Shown here piece by piece: positions 40,611-54,446 of a stretch of DNA of 64,000 bases (its first letter is position 1; each line of letters starts with the position of its first letter). The stretch is from Octopus vulgaris (lineage: Eukaryota), in the NCBI GenBank assembly GCA_951406725.2, contig OX597818.1, positions 136,710,001-136,774,000 of the forward strand, in the 5' to 3' direction. The notes beneath the pieces were generated by a model that was not told where the DNA came from, searched no databases, and saw nothing but the letters and a program-made list of their open reading frames with translations. A program made the translations under genes and the position numbers.

Positions 40611-40722
40611 AAATTTAAGGTTAAAGAATTAAACTTAAGAAAATATGTTTGTGTGTTTGTCTGATAAAATCTCTTAATACAATGAAACTGAAATGTAAAT
40701 CTCCCAGCTTAAAACCATTGAA

Positions 40723-40821
40723 GACACCTGAGGAGTCTTCTATGCATTGTGCATTGCATTTCGTGTTATTGCATCATTCCATGCCCACAGTGCACCTTGA
40801 AGATGAAACAATTGTTGTGGT
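40723..40821 (+). ncRNA. Type I hammerhead-like motif with extended stem II
   Basis: gacac-CTGAGGA-gtcttc...gaagat-GAAA-caattg-tt-gtggt. Internal helix tgcattgtg/cacagtgca, palindromic ACAATTGT stem III. Confidence 0.65.
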
Positions 40822-42232
40822 AATAAATTATTTTTTGGGTACATTCTGTCTTCTCTATCAATCTTTAATATATATATATATATATATAAACACACATAAA
40901 ATCTACCATCTCAAGTTGAGTGTATAGATGTGCGAGTCAGTTAATATATTGGTTAGTGATTCAATTAAAACGTATTCATACATACATATATATATATATA
41001 TATATGAATGTACTAACAGGAATGTGTATATTATTATTAATTAAAATAGCATATGAACCCACTGAACTCTAACTGACCCTATCTCAAACTAATTAATAAC
41101 CTTTTCTTTCTCATTTATATTCTCTCTCTCTCTTAATTTCTCTTCCTAGTCCTCTTCATCTACTTAACCTCCCACTCATAGCCATAAATCAATTCTGAAC
41201 TTATCCATTAACCAAGGACATGAAAAACAATTGCTTCATTTTCTTTTTCTCTGAAGGACACAATCTGAAACTAAAATTAATTCTTTCCTTAATTATCATA
41301 TAAACTTATAAAACCTTATACTTTACCAATAAATAAAATTTTTGCAAGTGCAAACCACCACATTTTCCTAAGATTCCACTTTTAAACTCACACAAACAAA
41401 TTTATTCAATCAGTTCAGAAGGAACAAGTTTCCAGTGCTATTATGTAATATACATTATATAATATGTATAACAACATCCTCGACTGGCTTCCGTGTCGGT
41501 GGCACGTAAAAAGCACCATCCGAATCGTGGCCGAAGCCAGTGCCGCCTCGACTGGCTCCCATGCAGGTGGCACGTAAAATGCACCAATCCGACCGTGGCC
41601 GATGCCAGCCTTGCCTGGCTCTAGTGCAGGTGGCATGTAAAAAGAACCCACTACACTCACGGAGTGGTTGGCGTTAGGAAGGGCATCCAGCTGTAGAAAC
41701 ATTGCCAGATAAGACCGGAGCCTGGTGCAGCCTTCTGGCTTCCCAGATCCCCGGTCGAACCGTCCAACCCATGCTAGCATGGAGAACGGACATTAAACGA
41801 TGATGATGATGATGATGATCAATGTCTATAGACATGACATGTGATAAGTCACCTCAAGTTATTTAAACAATTTTAAACCATGTAATAAATGCTATATCAT
41901 AAACTCCACTCTTCACTTATTTTATATGTGTGTATGTGTATAAAGGTAAGATCCAAGGATCAAGGTGTGGGAAGTTAGTAAGTCTTAAGCAGGTATAAAA
42001 GACAACTTTTAGGAACAATAGTGGTTTATTGACGCAGAAGATTGTAAATTCTTCCCATAGGGTTCAATAGGCGCAGGTGTGGCTGTGTGGTAAATAGCTT
42101 GCTTTCCAGCCACATGGTTCTGGGTTCAGTTCCACTGCATGGCACATTGAGCAAGTGTCTTCTGCTATAGCCTCAGGCCGACCAAAGCTTTGTGAGTGGA
42201 TTTGGTAGATGGAAACTGAAAGAAGCCAGTCG

Positions 42233-42264
<32 letters not shown>

Positions 42265-42330
42265 TTCGCCATGAGAGATCGCTAGCCACTACATATTCTT
42301 TATTTTCTCTCCTTGCTTATTTCTGTGTTC

Positions 42331-42368
42331 CCGTCTGTGGAAGAGCATAGGCTCGAAACGTTAAAGGC
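42331..42368 (+). ncRNA. Possible hammerhead-like motif in a (TA)n-flanked ~200-bp insert
   Basis: CTGTGGA-a-gagc-atag-gctc-GAAA-cgtt. Perfect 4-bp hairpin and AACGTT palindrome, but the core deviates from CUGANGA. Confidence 0.35.
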
Positions 42369-42452
42369 CTTTTCACTTCCTGAGCATTATACTAATACAT
42401 CTGTTTGTTGTCTACACCACATGTCTTCATCTTTTGTGTTTTTGTGAATTCT

Positions 42453-42498
<46 letters not shown>

Positions 42499-42880
42499 CC
42501 CATGCTAGCATGGAAAGCGGACGTTAAATGAATGATATAGGCATAGGAGTGGCTGTGTGGCAAGTAGCTTGCTTACGAACCACATGGTTCTGGGTTCAGT
42601 CCCACTGCATAGCACCTTGGGGATGTGTCTCCTACCATAGCCTCGGGCCAACCAAAGCCTTGAGAGTGGATTAGGTAGACGGAAACTGAAAGAAGCCCAT
42701 CGTATATATGTATATATATGTTTGTGTGTCTGTGTTTGTCCCCTAACATCACTTGACAAGTAAAAGAGTAAAAAAGTGTATATATATATATATACTGGAG
42801 TAAACACATAAATGTGAAACAAGGTGGAAAAAAGAGTACTCAAATACCAGTGGTAGAGTAATATGTTTTATTTAAAGCAG

Positions 42881-42930
42881 CAAAAACTGTCCGATGAACG
42901 GCAACGGGAAACTCAGAGTAACAGGTTTTG
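42881..42930 (+). ncRNA. Type I hammerhead-like motif inside a long hairpin
   Basis: caaaaactgt-CCGATGA-acggcaacgg-GAAA-ctcagagt-A-acaggttttg. Stem I about 10 bp, stem III actc/gagt, U4-to-C change, weak stem II. Confidence 0.6.
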
Positions 42931-44188
42931 TTGAATTTTCTGCTGCTTTAAATAAAGTATGTATATATATATATATATATATTTATGTGTTTGTGTTTGT
43001 CCCTCCACCATCGCTTGACAACTGAGTTTAGTATGTTTACGTCCCCACAACTTAGTGGCCTAGCAAAAGAGACCGATAGAATAAGTAGTAGGCTCACAAA
43101 GAATAAGTCCAAGGGTCGATATTTTGACTAAAAAGCAGTGCTTCAGCATGGCCACAGTCAAAATGACTGAAACAAGTAAAAGTGTAAAAGTGTATATCAA
43201 AGTTTGGTAAGCTGAAAAAATGGTTTTATAGCTTATGGTTGGCAAATTGGGTTAATGTGTAAGCATGTAAAAATTCAAAATTAGAGAATGGAGCAGATAA
43301 TATCCAGGCTACATATGTTTCAGAGCAAGTAGAACCTCGGGAGTAGTAATTGCCCAAATGAGGGGTAATCTGCTAGCTACTCAATGGGCCAAAGATACCT
43401 AAACCAAATGAAGATTACATTGTTGTCAAGGGATCCAATGTATTGAGACAACAAAAGACCAAAAACACAAACTACTAAAGGAGGGAATTTCCCATCATGT
43501 GCTGCCTTATTGGATATTTTGATGGTTTCAGCACCAATATAACATTGTCACTGTTATATATATCTACACATTATTTTCAATTGAATTTTGTGCTACACAC
43601 CACTCAGGGTTGTAATAGAAGACACTTGCCCCGAGTTCCACACAGTGGCACTGAAGCCAAAATCACACGGCAAATTTTGTAATTTTGTGCTACACACCAC
43701 TCCATTCTACACTGCGCTACACTGCCCACACTATGTTATGCTTCATCACAACACACCACACCACCCGCACCTTGTTATAAAACTAATGAGCAGCAAGATT
43801 TAATTAACAGTGATCTAATTAGAACACCTTTTGTGAGAGTTTATGAAGAATTAAAGGAATGCTAGTGATGTATGACCCACTGTAGCTGTTACTACAACCA
43901 CTGCTGCTGCCACTACCACTACCACCACAAGACTGTCACCACTGCGATTATACCACTAATACCACTAGCACTGATACTACACTATCATTACTGAAATAAA
44001 TAGAACACATTTACCTCACCAGCACCACCACCACAATCATGACTACCACCACCACCACCACCATCATTATTACACAACCACCACAACTACTATCAGCACC
44101 ACCACCATCACTACCATCATCATCAGTATCATCATTATTACACAACCGCTATAATTGTAACACCAATACAACCAATGCCACCACCATC

Positions 44189-44220
<32 letters not shown>

Positions 44221-44449
44221 CAGCAGCAGCAGCAGCAGACACTGTCTTGGATCTCTTTGATCAATCCTCATTAAAAAGCCATTCTAACAATAATTCATCC
44301 CCTCCCCTTCTGTTTTAAACCTTAAAATACAGAAAAGTTTAAAGAAATAAAATGAAGAATTTAATCTGTAAATATTTTATTACAGTTATTTACTAGACAC
44401 ACACACACGAATGCACGTACACATGACCACACAACCATACAGACATAAG

Positions 44450-45030
44450 CGTATGTATGTGTGTGCATGTGTGTGTGTGTGTAGGTGTAGGTGTGTGTGT
44501 AGGTGTAGGTGTGTGTATAGGTGTGTATGCATGTGTATATGTGTCTGTGTGTAGGTGTTTGTGTGAAGGTATGTGTAGGTGTGTGTGTGTATAGGTGTGT
44601 GCATGCATGTGTATATATGTCTGTGTGTAGGTGTTTGTGTGAAGGTATGTGTAGGTGTGTGTGTGTGTGTATAGGTGTGTGTGTAGGTGTAGGTGTGTGT
44701 ATAGGTGTGTGTATGCATGTGTATGTGTCTGTGTGTAGATGTTTGTGTGAAGGTATGTGTAGGTGTGTGTGTGTGTGTATAGGTGTGTGTGTGTGTGTGT
44801 GTGTGTATAGGTGTGTGTGTGTGTGTGTAGGTGTGTGTGTGTGTATGCATGTGTATATGTATCTGTGTAGGTGTTTGTGTGAAGGTATGTGTAGGTGTGT
44901 GTGTGCGCGTGTGTGTGTGTGTAGGTGTAGGTGTGTGTATAGGTGTGTATGCATGTGTAAATGTGTCTGTGTGTAGGTGTTTGTGTGAAGATATGTGTAG
45001 GTGTGTGTGTGTGTGCATATGTGTGAAGGC
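44450..45030. repeat. GT-rich minisatellite, five variable-length units
   Basis: The anchor tctgtgtgtaggtgtttgtgtgaaggtatgtgtagg recurs with variable (GT)n spacers. Confidence 0.92.
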
Positions 45031-45801
45031 ATATGGTCCAGTGATTAGGGTGTTGCACTCAGGATTGTGAGATCATGGTTTCGAATCCAGGACCTGGTGG
45101 TGCATTGTGTTCTTCAGCCAAACACTTCATCACTCAAAGAACTCCGATGCATCATTGTTCTGGGTTCAAATCTCAGTGGGTACTGATTTTTATCTGCCAT
45201 CTCCCATGTAAATAAGACATCAATAAGATACTAAGGCTGTTTCAGTAAGACTATTACAAAACTGGTCCAACATGTTGTCAAAAACCATTAGTCTAATGGA
45301 TTGGATTGGTGTTAGGAGATTAGATTAGATATTTTATTATGATGGATTTTATTTCATAGTCGAATGTTTATTGGTAAGAGGGGACTTTAGTTTTACGAGT
45401 AATATGATTACTTTATTGCAAACCGTTTCTCTAATAACATGATAAACGGATGTAAAACTAGCAATAAATAAATGAAATAAAATAAAATACTTGAAAATAG
45501 AATTGAAGCACAGTCAATTGAATTTACTATGTGTGATTGCGTGATTAAAATATTCGCTTCCCAACCGTGTGGTTTTGGGTTCAGTGCCACTGTGTGGAAC
45601 TCTAGGCATGTGTCTTCTATTACAACCCTGAGCTGGCATAAAATATGTGAGTGGATTTGGTAGATGAAAATTGAGAGAAATCTACTGGCTGGTACCAGTG
45701 ATACATAACAGCACCTGTGCCAGTGACATGTAATGAACACCCATGCCAGTGACAGGTGAAAGCACCTGCACTGATGACACATAGAAGATATTCACTACAC
45801 T

Positions 45802-46038
45802 AAAAGGCGGCGAGCTGGCAGAAACGTTAGCACGCCGGGCGAAATGCTTTGCAGTATTTCGTCTGTCTTTATGTTCTGAGTTCAAATTTCGCCAAGGTCG
45901 ACTTTGCCTTTCATCCTTTCGGGGTTGATAAATTAAGTACCAAATGAATACCGGGGTCGATGTAATCGACTTAATCCGTTTGTCTGTTCTTATTTATCCC
46001 CTCTGTGTTTAGCCCCTTGTGGGTAGTAAAGAAATAGG
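45802..46038 (+). mobile_element. Family B SINE with 13-bp TSD, inserted in a family D copy
   Basis: TSD tattcactacact at 45789-45801 and 46039-46051. Confidence 0.9.
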
Positions 46039-46519
46039 TATTCACTACACTGTTGGAGTGGTTGGCATTAGGAAGGGCATCCAGCCATAGAAACCAAGCC
46101 AAATCAAACTGGAACCTGGTACAGCTCTCTGATTTACCAGTTCCAGTCAAACCATCTAAGACATGCCAGCATGGAAAGTGGATGTTAATTGATGATAGTG
46201 ATGGTGGTGATGATGATGATATATATACATTTACGCATGTGTGTGTGAGTATATGCATGTTTGCGTCTCCCTCTTGGCTTCATGTGATTGTGGTAAATTA
46301 CTATCACACAAATAATGTCATTTATCTCCAATATTCTGGCTATGGGCAAAATATTACCTTACATGGAATCAGGAAGGGCATTCAGCCACAAAAAAATTGC
46401 CTCAATAAGCTCTGTCCAATCCATGTAAGCAAGACATTAAAATGATGATAATGATATATCATTCCTATCACTAACCACTTTACAGAGTGGACTGGGAGCA
46501 TTTATCAGGCCACCAGCAG

Positions 46520-47190
46520 TATAGAAATTGTCTTTTAAGACTCAAATGTGCTTTACACACTCCACTTTTGTCCAGAGTGCTTCCTCTTCTAAACAGGATG
46601 TCTTCATTAAAGCTAACAGATTCCATTCTGTACAGGTAATTTAATTGGAGTTATTGCTCTACTAGATGGATTACCTTCACTAGAGCTTACAGTATCCTCG
46701 TCTCTGTGGAACTGATTTAATTTCAGTGTTTACAACCCTCCTGGACAGGATGCTAGAATCAACTGTCTTAGAGGGGTTGCTAGGAATCAGGGAAAAGGTA
46801 AGGAAGGGGTTGTATCTGAAAGGGATGGGTAAGTATGAGTTAATGAGTGGATCACATGGGGGAAGAGGAGAGGAAAAGAGAAAGAAAGAGTGGTGAGGAA
46901 CAACAAAAGGTAACATAAGTGTGTGTGTGATGGGGGAGGGCTTCATTTGGCTGACACTGGCAGTGTTGGGGAGGCACCCTTTGTTGGAACATGGAAATGG
47001 TGATATCAATAGAGGCAGAGGCTAAGAGGATTGATGGTGGGGAGAGGTAAGGAACAGGTAAAACCAATGTGAAGAATATAGGAGAAAGGGTTCAAATCTG
47101 TTTGGTATGGGTCATGGAACTAAGGCAGGATAAAGTAGAGAAAACAGTAGAAATGGGATAAGTATGAGGCAGAATATTTATGTCACCAGC
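46520..47190 (-). pseudogene. Possible heavily decayed PLE thumb/linker remnant
   Basis: Broken frames give NPFSYILHIGFTCS (cf. IPFSQxLRxxRICS) and ATPLRQLILAS (cf. PPNLRxxLVxS). Confidence 0.3.
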
Positions 47191-48030
47191 CGAAGAATGT
47201 AAAGAAGGGTAATGGTGCCAAGCTGCTCGTATTTCTTATTGTTCTTACAGAAATTGTTTGGAGGTCATGACTAGCTATGGCATCTGTGCATGCATAATTG
47301 TCTCACAACATTAATAACAGTTACGGTAGTGTGCAAGACACATATTAACCATTCAAAAACACACATAAAAACTATTAACTTCACATAAACATTTAGTATT
47401 TGGTGTCAAGATTTTAAACATTTTACAATCGCTAACATATATCTTCTATGTTGTAACTGTTTTAGTTTTGACTCATGATCTCAGATGAAATCCTTTGCTT
47501 GACAGGTACACTTCGAAATTAATAACTGAACAGAATAAGCATTGGCTTCAAATTTTTACACAAGGCCAGCAATTTCAAGGATGTGATGGTGGTGGTGGTG
47601 GTGATAGTCGATTATATTGACCCCAGTGCTCAACTGGTACTTATTTTATCGACCCTGAAATGATGAAAGGCAAAATCAACCTTGGCAGAATTTGAACTCA
47701 GAACATAAAGACAGATGAAATGCCACAAAGCCTTTTGCCTAGGGCGGTAATGGTTCTACCAGCTCACAACCTTTCTTCTTTTCACAATATTAATTTCAAA
47801 AGGCAGCAAGCTGGCAGAATCGTTAGCATGGCCGAGGTCAGCTTTGCCTTTCATCCTTTCAGGGTTGCATACCAGTTGCATACTGGAGTCAATCTACTTG
47901 ACTGGCCTCCTCCTCCCCAAAAATTTTGGGCCTTGTGCCTAGAGTAGAAAAGAATATTGGTTTCAAATTTTGATACAAGGTCAATCAACCCTGAAATGAT
48001 GAAAGGCAAAGTCAACTTCAGCAGAATTTG

Positions 48031-48421
48031 AAAATACGAAAACTAAAAGAAGCAGCACATATGCTAGGACACAACAACCTCCTAAGCAGACCGAGTGCAG
48101 ATATGAGTAGCATATGGGAACCGGTATTAAGGAATGATAGGAAAATATTAGAATTATAGGGCATATGGTGTAGTGGTTAAGAGTGCGGGCTTAACCCCAA
48201 GATTCCGAGTTAATAATAATAATAATAATAAACAATAACAACAACAGCATTGAAAAATACCATAGGAATTTGAACCCAGGTTCGAAATTTCCTCAAGACA
48301 CCTGATGAAGGCTGGAGGGTATGTCAGCCGAAATGTTGTGTTAATAACGGACAAGATGAGGACAAATATCCGTCAAATGTAAATAATGTACATAATTCCT
48401 CATCTCTTAAATATAGAACTG
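48031..48421 (+). mobile_element. 3' end of a second PLE (Penelope/Poseidon-like endonuclease C-terminus plus pseudo-LTR)
   Basis: 48031-48159 translates KIRKLKEAAHMLGHNNLLSRPSADMSSIWEPVLRNDRKILEL*, like the RKxKEAxHI...W.P.L end of PLE GIY-YIG domains. A hammerhead follows. Confidence 0.7.
48297..48342 (+). ncRNA. Minimal type I hammerhead ribozyme, PLE-associated
   Basis: gacac-CTGATGA-a-ggctg..cagcc-GAAA-tgtt-gtgtt. Intact CUGAUGA/GAAA core, 5-bp stem II, stem I gacac/gtgtt, ~140 nt after a PLE endonuclease C-terminus. Confidence 0.75.
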
Positions 48422-49267
48422 AAAGAGAGTAAATATTATATTGTGTTGGTAACCATTTTAAAGTATGATATATGAAGACAGTTGTGTGCACAGTTTAGAC
48501 GTTCTTGTCTTATTGCCATTGTTAGTGTCAACAATGATATATGAAGGAAGTTGATGGTGGAACAATAGACCATTTGTACTACCATTCCTACTATTCTGCA
48601 CTGCTCAAAGACAATTATTGCATAGTGGAGAATACATTATAGTTGCAAAGTGGAACGAGGCATTATGAGGTGCAAGATCTAAAAACAGCTACTGATCTCC
48701 GGTCTTCAGTTGGTTCCATTCATGCCAGAGAACTTTTCAAGCAGAGCTGACTGGAGTTATTTATTTAGTATTATCTCCACCAGGAGGAGCACAGTAACAT
48801 TAGTAAGGAAAGGTCTTTACCTCCTGACAACGACAACAAGAACAACAACAGTAGTTACAGATGACAAAGACGAATCAAACAGTTTAGATGAAAGTACTGT
48901 AGTATTGGGGGGGGGGGGGCAATAGTAGCCTTGAAGAGTCAATTAATAATCCACTTGATGCAAGAATGCAACTACAAATACTGCACCAATTCACTATCTT
49001 CATACAGTACTGCATCACAATAAACTTCCCTTGCCCCAACAATATTTCAAGGTTATCACGCAATACTGCATTATTTTACTTTCACTTTCACTTTCTCTAT
49101 CTCTCTCTCTCACACACACACACACACATTATATATAATTCCATTAAATTCCTTATAGCAATAACAGCAATTGAATACCACATACCACTAACCACCACCA
49201 CCACCACCACCACCAACATTTTCATCACTACAGCAAATGCAGTGAAATGCATCTGCAACCTTGAAAT

Positions 49268-49306
<39 letters not shown>

Positions 49307-49748
49307 TGCAAGAACACACATAACACACACCAGCATCATAACAATCAACAACAACCACCTAACAACACAACAACATGTCAATGCAGTGATGTTAACATAA
49401 AGCCTATTAAAAGATGTAAAAACAGAAAGTCTTTTTCTGTAATTTTTTTTCTCCTCTCAATGACATTCTTGTAACATTATTGCACAACACAACTGCAACA
49501 GTTTTGATGAGAGAGAGAGAGAGAGCTTCCTTTCTTTTTGGTAAAACTATCATATGTAATTTATGACAGACTTTAAAGACAGAATACAGCAATTAATTAT
49601 AGCATATAATGAATAGTTCATTTAGAAAACATGTATTGGTAGTTCTTTTTTTCAACTCCCTGTTTGAGATGTATGACAAGTATGGTTTAAATACTTTTCC
49701 TCTTAACTCAAGTATAGGCGTATGGTGTGTATATTTTTATGGTGTGTG

Positions 49749-49793
<45 letters not shown>

Positions 49794-50779
49794 TATATGG
49801 GGTGTGTGCATTATGTGTAGGGAAAGAAGTTTGGCGAGTAAGAGCGTACATGACTATATATGCATTTATTTCCCCATATACAGATGTGTAATTGAATACA
49901 AACATACATACATACATACATACATATATACACACATACAGATATACACACATACATATGTAGATGAATATACATGCTTACATACAAATATAAACATATA
50001 CTCACATAGAGATATATACACATACTTACATAGAAATATATACATACACATACCTACATACATATACATATACACATATATACAGATATATACACATAGA
50101 TACATACATACAGATACATCTATATCTAAGGATTTTATCATTTAAATGTTGAAGAGTGTGTGTGTGTGTGTGTGTATTTTGATTGATGGGACAGAAAGTA
50201 TTGACAGAATATATCAAAGCATCATGAATTTGAATTGGAAAAGAAATTTTGCAGAGAATGTGTGTTTATGCATAGATATACACTCACAATTTCACATGTA
50301 CAGGCACATTTGTACACACAAACATAAACTTACTTACATAAATGCACACATACACACACCCTTACACATTATTATTGCAATCAGAGATAAATCCCTTGAA
50401 TGCGTGAATACGTGGGTGCATGAGTGTGTGTGTGTGTACGCATGAGGGTAGTAAACATATGTGTGTGTGTGTGTGTGTGTGTGTATAAAAATACATACAG
50501 GCACAGGTAAGTAATGAAGGTATTCAGATTATGAACATCAAATAGGTGTCATTTTTACAGCCATGGAAATATACAAACGCAAAAACTCAAAACACACACA
50601 CACACACACACTGATATTCAATCACGTGCAGATAAAAACATGTACACACAAATCCAAACATATAATAGAAAGAAAATTTTCAAAAGTTCATATTAGCTAA
50701 AAGTTATCAGTGGAAGAAAAAAAAATAAACAAAATATATAAAAAACAGATATATATATGTATGTGTGTATGTATGTATG

Positions 50780-50812
<33 letters not shown>

Positions 50813-50865
50813 GTATATGTGTGTGTGTGTGTATGTATATATATATATATAAATATGTATACATG

Positions 50866-50898
<33 letters not shown>

Positions 50899-50933
50899 AT
50901 ATATATAAATATATAAATATGTATATATATATA

Positions 50934-50985
<52 letters not shown>

Positions 50986-51729
50986 GTGTGTGTGTGTGTG
51001 TGTGTGAGTATATATATATATATATATATGTATAGATACATATGTATGTGGGTATATCTATCTCTCTCTCTCTCTCTCTCTGTCTCTATATATATATAAA
51101 GGCAAAAAGATAAAGGTATAAAAATCATTAAAAAACCCAAAACAAAAACCTATAACGGTATAAAAAAAAAAAAGACGAACAAAAGATATAATAACAAAAG
51201 TAAAAAACAAAAAACAAATATATTAAAAATAAAACAATATGTCACCAAGAAATGACAGCATCATTTATTCAGGTCTTCTCTCGGTTCCAGAGCATTTGTC
51301 TACAATGGTAAAACCGAAAAACTTAGTGACATATACCACAGCATTATGTTAAGTAGAAAGTTAATACTGCTGACATTTACTTGATGTATGCTGATGGCCC
51401 TTGATAAAAGGGGTTTTATGAACCCATTAAACAAACTCTCGCTCTCTTTTTACCGCAGATGATGAAGTATTTCTGATGTAGATTTATTTAGCAGCATTAT
51501 ATATATATACATATATATATATATATCATCATCATCATCATCATCATTTAACGTCCGCTTTCCATGCTAGCATGGGTTGGACGGTTCAACTGGGGTCTGG
51601 GGAGCCCGAAGGCTGCACCAGGCCAGTCAGATCTGGCAGATATACACATATATATATACACACATCTATACACACACACATACAAAGACACACGCATACA
51701 CATACACACATGCAGATACTCATACATGT

Positions 51730-51780
<51 letters not shown>

Positions 51781-51831
51781 TATAGATATACACATAGACA
51801 CATACACACACAGATATATATATATATCTAT

Positions 51832-51863
<32 letters not shown>

Positions 51864-51864
51864 G

Positions 51865-51909
<45 letters not shown>

Positions 51910-52714
51910 GTGCAATCATACTTGAAGTAGATATAACATATAAATACTGAGTTTATTAAACTGCAGTATTTGTCTCAAGATAGCATCTTCTATAGAATTA
52001 TAATGTTAAAAAACACAGAAATATATCAGTAGCAGGCAAAGATCGTCCAGCTGTGGTGGTGGCATTGCTGAATGCATGTTTCTGCCTCCTTAGGTTTCAT
52101 CAGTAGCAAATATCCATTGGTGACTGCACTCCGACAAAATTCACTTTTAACCCTTTAACTTTTAAACTGGACACATTTGGCCTCTCACACCTACCTAACA
52201 ATGTCAAAAGTACCCTTGAATCATTGGGCAATACGCTGTGCTTGAGAAGACCTATTGAGTCAATCAAAATCAAAAATCAAAAGCAAAACAAGATCAAAAT
52301 CAAACTGGAAATAGTAGTTGTAGCCAATTCCAGTGCCACCTGACTGGCACCCATGCTGGTGGCACGTAATAAGTACCATCCAAACGTGGTCGATGCCAGT
52401 CCCTCTGCCCTGACTGGCTCCCATGCTAGTGGAATGTAAAAAACACTTATTACACTCTTGGAGTGGTTGGTGTTAGGAAGGGCGTCCAGCTGTAGAAACC
52501 TTGCCAGATCAGATTGGAGCCTGATGCAGCCTAGTGGCTTGCCAATCTTCAGTCAAACTGTCCAACCCATGCCAGCATGGAAAACGGACGTTAAGTGATG
52601 ATGATGATGATGATGATGATGACATCATCAAAATCTCAAATCTACAAGATAATGCATGATTAATTTGAAATAATTACACAGATATTGTAATTAGTGGGCA
52701 GGCTGAATCAAAAT

Positions 52715-53131
52715 TTGTTATGGGTGACAGAAGAAGTATTTGTTTAAAATAGCAATCTTCATATCATACTAAGAGCAGACACATCATTGAAAGCCTGATG
52801 AATTACGGCATTTGTCCCAAGATAGTATTTCATATAAATGTATAATGTTAAAAAGCACAAAAATATACCTATAGCAAATGAAAATCATCCAGCAGTTGTA
52901 GAACTGTTAAATGCACAGTTGTGCCTCTTTGGGCTCCATCAATGGCAAGTTGAACATTTAACAATGCTATCACCACCACTGCTGGATGATTTTTGTCTGC
53001 TACTATTTTATTTCTGCCTTTTTTTTAACTCTACACATCTGTAATAGATATCTTGGGATGAATATTGCAAGTTTTCAATGTTGAATCTGCTTTAAATATT
53101 TTAAAGAAATACTGCTTCTCATAGCCATAAC
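52715..53131. mobile_element. Old MITE-like element with long degenerate inverted arms
   Basis: 52715-52830 is a degenerate reverse complement of 53043-53131 (tgttatgg..agaag.agtattt.tttaaaata...ttgaaa...tcccaagata). Confidence 0.55.
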
Positions 53132-54215
53132 ATACATATATCCCATTTGCAATTACTATAGCCACTTCTATCCCATCTATGAAATTTTCCTCTCTGTCCC
53201 TCTACTCAGTTAAATCCTCTGTATCACTTCACCTGTATTCTCCTCTACTGTACCTTGAAGGTATGTCCTGACACATATCCACCATCATATCTCCCACTCA
53301 CTCCATCTTTATCATTCAAAGTATCTTTCTTCTTTCCTTCCTCTCCAACTGGGATATCCTTGTATCTCTTCTACAGGAAGACACCTATCTCTATCTCCCT
53401 TATTTTTTTAGCCACTAATGGATGGGCACAAAGCTACTTTCCCTCAATACTACTTCCCTGTCAGTTGAGGGAATGTCATTTTGTCTTTCAAATTACTTGG
53501 TAACCCTGCTGGTGCTGGTGCCATGAAAAAAGTACCCAGTGTACTCTGTAATGTGGTTGGCTATAGGAAGAGCATCCAGCTGTAGAAACCATGCCAAAAC
53601 AAATAATAGAATCTGGCATAACACTCTGACTTGACAGAATGGAGAACAGATGTTAAATGATGATGACAATATAATATCTATTTTATGTACAACATAACAT
53701 AAATCAGTAGAATTGAAACAAATTTAAATATTACAAAGCCTCATTGTGGGTGAAATAAAATTGTAAATATATTCTTTCTGTCCAATTGATATATTGAAAA
53801 AAAGGAGGGAAGGAGTCTCTTGATGGACTGTTGCACAATTTGTTAGTTTCTCCTCACAGAAGATGTGCCTGACACTTTATCAATCAACAACACAGATCAT
53901 TGGTTGTATAAAGCAGTTATAAATTAGTCCAGCATTGTGGTGGAATAGCATAATTTGTATATGTGTCCTCAGTCAAATCGTCCAACCCATGCTAGCATGG
54001 AAAGCGAATGTTAAATGATGATGATGATGATCAAGGAATAAATAATGGTCATTACATATTTTTCTTTATTGTAGTAAGTTGACTTACAGCTGTTTCCAGT
54101 AGTCATTATACATTCGTTATTGATAGGTTTACTCAAATTGTCCATTGATCAGTTGAGAAAAATTGAATGACCTAAATAATTAATGCTACTTTTATCAGTC
54201 ATTTCTGGTTATACC

Positions 54216-54446
54216 TATTTCTTTACTACCCACAAGGGGCTAAACACAGAGGGGACAAACAAGGACAGACAAACGGATTAAGTCGATTATATCGACCCCA
54301 GGGCGTAACTGGTACTTATTTAATCGACCTCGAAAGGATGAAAGGCAAAGTCGACCTCGGCGGAATTTGAACTCACAGCGTAACAGCAGACGAAATACGG
54401 CTACGCATTTCACCCGGCGTGCTAACGTTTCTGCCAGCTCACCGCC
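54216..54446 (-). mobile_element. Family B SINE (~230 bp, tail type 1) with 13-bp TSD
   Basis: TSD ttctggttatacc at 54203-54215 and 54447-54459. The central gcctttcatcctttc..ggtcgataaa..agtaccag resembles the Meta-SINE domain (from memory). About 20 copies in the window. Confidence 0.9.

Noticed and set aside
48430-48880. Possible further RTE remnant (also 20900-21190)
   Set aside because: Motif similarity is too weak to call by eye.
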